Of a stretch of 64,000 nucleotides of DNA, positions 57,795 to 64,000 are shown piece after piece; positions within the stretch are counted from its first letter, which is position 1, and each line of letters opens with the position of its first letter. Source of the stretch: an uncultured cyanobacterium (GTDB lineage: Bacteria; Cyanobacteriota; Cyanobacteriia; Phormidesmidales; Phormidesmidaceae). The stretch is taken from the NCBI GenBank assembly GCA_963793265.1, contig CAWBZI010000004.1:672001-736000 (forward strand), written 5' to 3'. The notes below the pieces were generated by a model. The model did no database searches. It was not told the origin of the DNA and saw only the letters and a program-made list of their open reading frames with translations. The position numbers were made by a program, and so were the translations under genes.

Positions 57795-57836
57795 AAGTTA
57801 CAAATCATACCTGTTGCACTCTGTAGTCTTACGTAC
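57795..57836 (-). promoter_or_regulatory. Candidate NtcA-activated promoter
   Basis: Minus strand reads GTA-cgtaagac-TAC, 22 nt, TAACTT, matching GTA-N8-TAC-N22-TAN3T. Confidence 0.4.
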
Positions 57837-58041
57837 GATTTAGGAACGCTTCCGCTCAAATTGGCTAGTTTTTGGGCATATCTGCTGTAGAAAATTTTTA
57901 ACCCTTACGAATCATGCCATAGGTACGGACTGCCCTTATGTAATTCATCTATCCAAAAGAGAATCTTGTTCAAAAACATACAAAACGCTAATAGGATATC
58001 CAACGGTCTGTCGCGACATACTGAAAAACTCATGAGACTAT

Positions 58042-59097
58042 TCAAAGAAACTGCTGACAGGCGATCGCTAGCTTTTTAGCCGCTCTGAGGTGCATTTCGG
58101 GCGAGGGATAGTAGCGGTTGTGCGTTAGCTCGGAGGTTGTGAGCTGAATTCTGTCTTCTGGATAGTCGCGATCGCGCACAATCGAAACAGGCTGCTGCGT
58201 ATGGCGGCTAATTAACGGCTGCGGCAGGCCCGGCGAGCCAATTTGCTCAACGTAAGCATCACAGTGCGATCGCAGTTCTTCGACCATAGGCCGGTTGATC
58301 AGGTGAGGAAAGCTTGAGAATAGCTCAAATAGGCTGTCGTATGATTCTTGGTAGTCGGGCGATCGCCTGGAAAACCACAGCAGCACTTTGGGCACCGTGA
58401 TTTTCTCTAGCAGATCAATAAACTCCCTCAGGTAGCGCGCTCTGGTTTCAGCGATCAAATCAACCACGGTTTGCCGGTCGCTATTGTCAAGCAGCCGCTG
58501 ATAGGCAAGATCGGCAGGGATCGTTTTCTGCTGGCCTGTGCCATCGTCGATGATATATCGCTCTTGAGAGTGGCTGGCAGTTTGAAAACGAGAGTTTGCC
58601 TGAGAACGGCCTGAGAAAACTGCAATGGTGACAAATTTGGAGCTGTTGATGAGATCTATTAGGGTGCGGTGGGTCGGATCGTTGTAGAAGGAAGGGCCAA
58701 CGCCCGAAAAGCCTAAATTAAGTGAGGGGATGCCCAGGGCCTTGCCAATGAGCTGCGGATAGGGATGAGGGGCAAACCGACCAAAAGTTGAAGCTGCACC
58801 GATAGAGGTGCAGTAGGTGCTAGGCGCTAGGCTGGCAGGGCGCGGGCCGCGAAGTGAAAAGCCGGTTTTAGGCGTCCATAGATGCCATAGCTGATAGTCA
58901 ATAATCTCGGCGTCTCGATTTTGATAGCCCTGCGCGCTGCCTCTGTCGCTGAGCGGTGGTTTTTTAAGAGACTTAGGGCCTGTTGGCTTATCTGTTGGCT
59001 GATTGGAGGGCTCAGTTGACGATACAGTTGGGTTCACGGTTGTTGTGTGCAGTTCTGCTGAAAAAAGGCTAGACGTGAACCTACATGTCCCAGTCAA
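58042..59097 (-). CDS. DUF6473-like protein (start uncertain)
   Basis: LRGPRP, IGAASTFGRF, LNLGFSGVGPSFY, YYPSPEMH. Confidence 0.7.
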   Translation of the reverse strand: MTGTCRFTSSLFSAELHTTTVNPTVSSTEPSNQPTDKPTGPKSLKKPPLSDRGSAQGYQNRDAEIIDYQLWHLWTPKTGFSLRGPRPASLAPSTYCTSIGAASTFGRFAPHPYPQLIGKALGIPSLNLGFSGVGPSFYNDPTHRTLIDLINSSKFVTIAVFSGRSQANSRFQTASHSQERYIIDDGTGQQKTIPADLAYQRLLDNSDRQTVVDLIAETRARYLREFIDLLEKITVPKVLLWFSRRSPDYQESYDSLFELFSSFPHLINRPMVEELRSHCDAYVEQIGSPGLPQPLISRHTQQPVSIVRDRDYPEDRIQLTTSELTHNRYYPSPEMHLRAAKKLAIACQQFL

Positions 59098-60610
59098 ACG
59101 ACTGTGCCAGTAGGTTTTCTAGTTTGCGAATGTGAGGCGCGAAAAAGTCGGCAAGCTGCTGGCGAATGTCGCTATCAATGGGCGGGTAGTCACCTGAGTT
59201 GTGCTTAGGATAGGTTTGGGCTGAGTGCTGGCTGAGCCCTAAAAATGAATAGAGCTGGGTGAGCGTTGATTCAGGCGTAGCAAACAAGTCTTCGCTGCGT
59301 AAAACTAGCAACTGCTCGCGCGCGAAGCAGGTAAGCCACCGCTTGAGGTGGTAGTAATAGAGGCCGTTGCCGAGATGGCGACAGCGATTGAGCACAGGCC
59401 AGGAAATATCGTCTGCGGTAGTCGCCTGCTGAATGAGGGCCATTTCTTCGGTAACGGCGGTTTCAAAGCTACGTTTTTCAGCGCCGTTACGCACCATCAT
59501 GCTGTAGCGACTAACCGCGCGATCAATTGGATGGCGCAGAATGACGGCTAGCTTAATATCACTAAAGTGTTGGGCGACTCTCTCGGGGGCGACATTGCTA
59601 TAGAGGTAGTTAGGAGAGGTTTCGCCCGTTATCCAGTTAGAGGGTGCCTTCTCTTTCTCTTGTTCCATTCCTGGCTTGGGCATAGCTGGAAAATGCGCCA
59701 GGTACCACTCAAGCCCCTGCTCATATTCCATATCGAAAAAGTCAATCTCTTTTTCAATCGGCGGCAGTACAGCAGGATGCTGACGTAGGTAGTGATAAAG
59801 CGAGGTCGTGCCGCATTTTTCCGCGCCAATGATCATAAAGTTGGGCGGACGGCGTTGAGCTGATTTTAACAGGGCCGACTGCTGGGGATGCGCGGCAAGC
59901 TGACGCTGCGTGAGGCGATAGTTTACCTGCTGATAGCATGCGATCGCCGCTTTTTTATCGCCCAGCTTAGTGAGCGCATAAGCTAGAGCCACTTGCGCAG
60001 GCAAAATGTCTGGATGTTGTTGAACCACCTGCTTAATAGCCGCTACGATTTCTTTCAAAATCGGATCGCCTGCCGGAACGTTGTAGCGCATGAGGTTGTA
60101 GCGCAGCCGGGTGTAGGCAGTAAACAGGCGTGGCTGCTGCTCAATAGCCTGAAGGTAGCGGCGCACTGCTCCGGTAGTATCGCCTTGGTGATGAAGCTGT
60201 TGAGCTTCGTGCGAGTACGTCTCACCTAGCCCGGTTTTGGCATCGTTAAGATCAGGGCTCAGGGCTAAAGCCTGCCTGTAAGCCTGAATAGCCAGTTCAG
60301 TTTGGCCCTGGCTTTTGTAAAGATCGCCTTTAGCCTGGTGCAGCGCAGCGGTGGTTTGAGCGACCGTAGTCTCGGTCGCGCTGCCTGCCTGCGAGGGTTG
60401 CCTGCCTGGCTGCTGATAGCCTTGATTTTGAGCGTTTTGATTTTGACCGCTCAACTGTTGTTTGCACTGCGCGATCGCCGCCTGACAGTTTGCAATCACC
60501 TTTGCCCAGTCTGCTTTATGACAGCTTGCCTGCGCCGCAGCCAAAGCCGTTTCGATCTCAGCCGCAGGCGAGTTCAAAGGCATCTGTGTCCGTAAGGATT
60601 CTTCAGGCAT
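59081..60610 (-). CDS. TPR plus sulfotransferase (heparan-sulfate sulfotransferase-like)
   Basis: PNFMIIGAEKCGTTSL, KEIDFF, GETSPNY, ILRHPIDRAVS; ATG 60610 overlaps the upstream stop. Confidence 0.88.
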   Translation of the reverse strand: MPEESLRTQMPLNSPAAEIETALAAAQASCHKADWAKVIANCQAAIAQCKQQLSGQNQNAQNQGYQQPGRQPSQAGSATETTVAQTTAALHQAKGDLYKSQGQTELAIQAYRQALALSPDLNDAKTGLGETYSHEAQQLHHQGDTTGAVRRYLQAIEQQPRLFTAYTRLRYNLMRYNVPAGDPILKEIVAAIKQVVQQHPDILPAQVALAYALTKLGDKKAAIACYQQVNYRLTQRQLAAHPQQSALLKSAQRRPPNFMIIGAEKCGTTSLYHYLRQHPAVLPPIEKEIDFFDMEYEQGLEWYLAHFPAMPKPGMEQEKEKAPSNWITGETSPNYLYSNVAPERVAQHFSDIKLAVILRHPIDRAVSRYSMMVRNGAEKRSFETAVTEEMALIQQATTADDISWPVLNRCRHLGNGLYYYHLKRWLTCFAREQLLVLRSEDLFATPESTLTQLYSFLGLSQHSAQTYPKHNSGDYPPIDSDIRQQLADFFAPHIRKLENLLAQSFDWDM

Positions 60611-62183
60611 CCAAAGGGGTTTCCTTTTTGAGTGTCTTTTTGAGCATGAGCTGATGAGACTGGTGCAGCACGGCGGCGTGATTGGTAACGACTGCGATAA
60701 AGGCATCTATGCCGACTTTAGAAGACTGTGCGGGTTCGGTGGGATGATGCCATAGATAGTCTCTAAACAAGATGAAGCCGCCGGGCTTGAGAAGGTTCCA
60801 AGCCTGAGTGGCGATCGCCTTAACCTCATCTGCTCGCCTGCGATCGCTCTGTACCACAATTATCTCGAACGCCTGCTCTGATTTTTGGTCAGACGGCTTA
60901 CTCTCAAACGGTCTGCTCTCAGACGGTTTGCTCTCAGTGAGCCCGGCAAGCTGTTGTGGTAAATTGCCTACTTCAACAACAATCTTTTCAGCCTGAGCAC
61001 TTTTACGCAAGTTCATCTCGAAAGCTTCATCTATCTGAGGCGTTAGGCAAAGCAGGCGATCGCCTGGCTGCTGCAAAACTTCATCTGCTAGCCAAAACAA
61101 GCTGCCATCGTTACGAGAGCCCAGCGCCAGCGCTCGAATCAGCGATCGCTCAGCCAAACGCTCATTGAGCGGGGCTAGATGCGCTTTCCATAGCGAAATG
61201 CTCTCACTAAACCAGGTTAGGCCAAACTGATAGTCTTGCTCGGCGCAGCCCTGCCAGCCCTGAGCGGCAAAGGATTGTTGATGACAGCTTGCGGCCTGTG
61301 ATAAGTCTCCTTTACGGGCAAACGCATTGCCCATAAAGCCATAGATCCAGGGAAAGCGATCGCTCACGTTGAGCACCCCCTGACAGATCTCAATTGTCTC
61401 GTCCCATCGCTGCATTTGCATTAGCGTGTTCAGCAGGCCCATATAGGCCCAGTGGAGCTGAGCATCTATTTTCAACGCGCTGCGAAAACAGGCGATCGCC
61501 TGCTCAAACTGCTGCGCCTGCTTATGAACGCGCCCTAGCCGGTAGTGAGCCATCGCCTCATTAGGGCGCTCTTCTATCAAGCCCTCAAACAGCGCAACGG
61601 CTTTATCCCACTGGCGCTGCTGGCTCCAAACTTCACCTAGCGCGTAGTAGGCAGCAACATACTGGTTGTCTTGTGCGATCGCTCTTTCATAGCACTTGGC
61701 AGCCTGTTTACTGCGCCCCTGCTTTTGTAACACCTGGCCGAGCTGATGATGCCCTTGGGCCGTTGCGGTTTCAGGCTGTAGCGTCAATAGCTCATTGACC
61801 ACCTGAGTTTCCTCACGATAGTTGCCGAGCTGGTTGTAGATACCTGCTAGACGGCGACGAACGCTCGCATTCTCAGGCTGTTGTTCAAGCGCGTGCTGAC
61901 AAAAGTAAATCGCCTTGTCCCAGGCTTCGCACTGGCAGTAAACGCGGCCTGACTCGGCGTAGAACTTAGCGCGGTCTGGGGCCAGATCAAAGGCCATAGA
62001 TCGCCAGGGATAGGCTTCTTCAACAAACCCCATGCCGGTCAGCACATTGCCCACCGTCTGACAGGCTTCAGTCCATGAGAGCTGAACATTTGATGATTCG
62101 GAAGCAGCATCGGTAGGCGACGAAGAAACTTCTAACAGGTTTTCGCAGGCCGTAACCGCTTCGTCCAGATATTGCATCATCAT
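60603..62183 (-). CDS. TPR plus degenerate class I methyltransferase-like domain
   Basis: About 7 TPRs; AWNLLKPGGFILFRDYLW and KVGIDAF resemble the Methyltransf_24 C-terminus. Confidence 0.7.
   Translation of the reverse strand: MMMQYLDEAVTACENLLEVSSSPTDAASESSNVQLSWTEACQTVGNVLTGMGFVEEAYPWRSMAFDLAPDRAKFYAESGRVYCQCEAWDKAIYFCQHALEQQPENASVRRRLAGIYNQLGNYREETQVVNELLTLQPETATAQGHHQLGQVLQKQGRSKQAAKCYERAIAQDNQYVAAYYALGEVWSQQRQWDKAVALFEGLIEERPNEAMAHYRLGRVHKQAQQFEQAIACFRSALKIDAQLHWAYMGLLNTLMQMQRWDETIEICQGVLNVSDRFPWIYGFMGNAFARKGDLSQAASCHQQSFAAQGWQGCAEQDYQFGLTWFSESISLWKAHLAPLNERLAERSLIRALALGSRNDGSLFWLADEVLQQPGDRLLCLTPQIDEAFEMNLRKSAQAEKIVVEVGNLPQQLAGLTESKPSESRPFESKPSDQKSEQAFEIIVVQSDRRRADEVKAIATQAWNLLKPGGFILFRDYLWHHPTEPAQSSKVGIDAFIAVVTNHAAVLHQSHQLMLKKTLKKETPLDA
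60889..60933. repeat. 3 x 15-bp coding tandem repeat (ESKPS/ESRPF)
   Basis: TCAGACGGCTTACTC TCAAACGGTCTGCTC TCAGACGGTTTGCTC. Confidence 0.75.
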
Positions 62184-64000
62184 CGGCTGAGAGCCTCCTT
62201 GTGGTGAGAAGAATGGGGCAGAAAAGTCAAGCTAGCGGAATCTGAGAGAATTGTCTTTAGCAGCCTGCGTAAGTCGGACAAATCAATCATAAAATCTTCT
62301 GTGAGGCCGCTAGGGTACATCAACTGTCTGAGCGGGTGGCACTCAAAGCTTTTTCCAATTAAATAGTAGTGGTTTAGCTTGAGATGCTGGCTAATCATCC
62401 AGTAGTCGGTGCGCAGGTAGTAGGGCGAGAAGCACTCAATTACGGTCGCACCGGGGGAGCAAAACGCTAAATTCGTCAGGCTAGAGCCATGCGGACTGAT
62501 AATGATATCGGCTTCGGCAAATAGCTGCGACTGCTGGGTGACACTCATGGTTTCTAAAACCACTGGCACAAATCCGAACGGTTTGAGCAGCTCAACGACA
62601 GCCGCTTCGTTGAAAACATGACGGTATTTTGCCTGCGACCGGGTGATGTAAATACGTTTGCAGGCAGTGCTAGGTAAGTCTGCCGAAGCGCGCGCTGTTA
62701 AAAACGCATCTCGTAAAAAATCTATGCTACTCGGCGGCACCCAGTCTAAATGGCCTGGAAAGCTAGGTACAACAAGCTGCTCAGCTTGAATGTGGGGCAG
62801 GCGATCGCTGGCAATCACTTTTTCTAACGGCACCCCAAGCGCTGTTAACGTCTCTTTTTGAAATGCCTTTTCAAAGTTATTTACAACAAAGTAATCAATG
62901 TGACTGAAATCTTTTCCTTGCTGCTGAAGATTCTCCTTTAGAATTTTTAATCGGGGCAGTACATCAAACATCCAGTGATAGTAGATGTGACCAGAGAGCC
63001 CAGAGAGAATAGCAACGCTGCCCTGTAGTGTCTTCAGCTCGGGCAGCGGCGTTTGTCGGTGCAAAACGGTATGACTACCGGCATTGTGGCGATCGCACCC
63101 CGGCAGATACCAGGGAAAACAGCGAGAGAGGTCGCCTAGCAGATAATCATCTGAGGTAAAAATAGCAATTTCATGGCAAACCTTCCAAGCATTTTCCTGA
63201 GGCGCTATCCAGGCTTTGCCGTGAGGAATCGTGGCGACAAAGGTTGGAAAATCAGGCACACTAGGCGCTGCTTGAGCCGACGTACTAAAAGCGTTTTTGC
63301 TGACTTGAACAGGCGAAAACTGTTGAATAAGCTCGCCCATACAAGCGCCACAGGTAACCCCACCGCACTGAGGATCAAGCGAGACAATAGGAATCAATCG
63401 TTCGTTCTGAGTCTCATCCTTAGTTCCGACGGCGATTTCTGCCTGCCAATCTCTGTAGTAGCGATAGATACCGCTGATGGTTTGAGCGAAAGTAGGCTTA
63501 TCGGTGTTTGTCTGTTTGAGCTTGTCAGCGAGAACTTCAACAAGACGATTCGCCGTCAGCGAAAAGATTTCTGCTTGCAAAATGCCAGCCTGGTAGAGTG
63601 CCGCTGCCGCTGTCTGTCGCCCTTGATACAACAAACAATCTCCGAGAGCGCTATAAATTTCGAGCGCATGGGGATTGATAGAAAGCGCGCTGCGATAGCA
63701 CTGCTCAGCTCTAGCGGGCGCGTCGCAGGCCATAGAAAGCGCGCCCAAGTATTCGTAGATTTGGCACAGACGCTCTTGTAAAATGGCCTCAGTATCGGGC
63801 GATTGGGCCTGCTGTAGGGCGAGCAGAAAACGACCGCAGGTGCGCTGTAGCCGAAATAGGAGATCGCTTTGGGAAAGATGAATCGTGCGATCGCAATAAG
63901 CGGCTATCCAGTCGGGCGCTTGAGCGATTGCCTGCCGCAAACAGTCGAGTAGTGCCGACCATTCTCCTTTGGCAATTAGCAGCGCTGCATAGTCGTTCAA
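62180..64000 (-). CDS. TPR plus GT61 (DUF563) glycosyltransferase; 5' end lies outside the window
   Basis: YYHWMFDVLPRL, RIYITR...R..FNE, ISPHGSSLTNLAFC, VIECFSP. Confidence 0.88.
   Translation of the reverse strand: MNDYAALLIAKGEWSALLDCLRQAIAQAPDWIAAYCDRTIHLSQSDLLFRLQRTCGRFLLALQQAQSPDTEAILQERLCQIYEYLGALSMACDAPARAEQCYRSALSINPHALEIYSALGDCLLYQGRQTAAAALYQAGILQAEIFSLTANRLVEVLADKLKQTNTDKPTFAQTISGIYRYYRDWQAEIAVGTKDETQNERLIPIVSLDPQCGGVTCGACMGELIQQFSPVQVSKNAFSTSAQAAPSVPDFPTFVATIPHGKAWIAPQENAWKVCHEIAIFTSDDYLLGDLSRCFPWYLPGCDRHNAGSHTVLHRQTPLPELKTLQGSVAILSGLSGHIYYHWMFDVLPRLKILKENLQQQGKDFSHIDYFVVNNFEKAFQKETLTALGVPLEKVIASDRLPHIQAEQLVVPSFPGHLDWVPPSSIDFLRDAFLTARASADLPSTACKRIYITRSQAKYRHVFNEAAVVELLKPFGFVPVVLETMSVTQQSQLFAEADIIISPHGSSLTNLAFCSPGATVIECFSPYYLRTDYWMISQHLKLNHYYLIGKSFECHPLRQLMYPSGLTEDFMIDLSDLRRLLKTILSDSASLTFLPHSSHHKEALSR

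Noticed and set aside
60611..60706. N-terminal extension of the TPR-sulfotransferase ORF
   Set aside because: Would overlap the upstream gene by about 100 bp; ATG 60610 gives ordinary coupling
63173..63781. 202-aa plus-strand ORF (likewise 47584-48060)
   Set aside because: Antisense to a well-supported glycosyltransferase and has no motifs
1..64000. CRISPR array, tRNA, rRNA
   Set aside because: No regularly spaced repeat-spacer series or recognisable RNA gene seen by eye; the repeats found are coding (TPR, RTX, pentapeptide) or HIP1

Overview
Cyanobacterial chromosomal segment. The HIP1 octamer GCGATCGC is abundant and the gene content (COP23, DUF1350, DUF6737, CHASE2 kinases, PEP-CTERM proteins) fits a filamentous Leptolyngbya/Phormidesmis-like lineage; the lineage is inference. 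1-17 kb: housekeeping and signalling genes (histidine kinase, AAA_35 ATPase, trpS, metF, tex, S9 peptidase) plus a divergent PEP-CTERM pair. 16.5-27 kb: accessory zone with three PIN toxin-antitoxin loci, a 3'-truncated IS66 that still carries both target-site repeats, and an AT-rich two-gene cassette. That cassette's 709-aa protein joins an uncharacterised N-terminal domain, an apparently inactivated PD-(D/E)xK nuclease-like domain and a TIR domain with its catalytic Glu; it is the best candidate here for an undescribed anti-phage system. 27-37 kb: two-component pair, ygfZ, P450, rhomboid. 37-64 kb: two TPR-only proteins, a CAP/Ig/RTX secreted protein, and a minus-strand cluster of TPR-fused glycosyl-, sulfo- and methyltransferases that runs off the window and includes a split sulfotransferase with a 432-bp tandem duplication. 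No rRNA, tRNA or CRISPR array was seen. All family calls come from reading motifs by eye; no database search was run.
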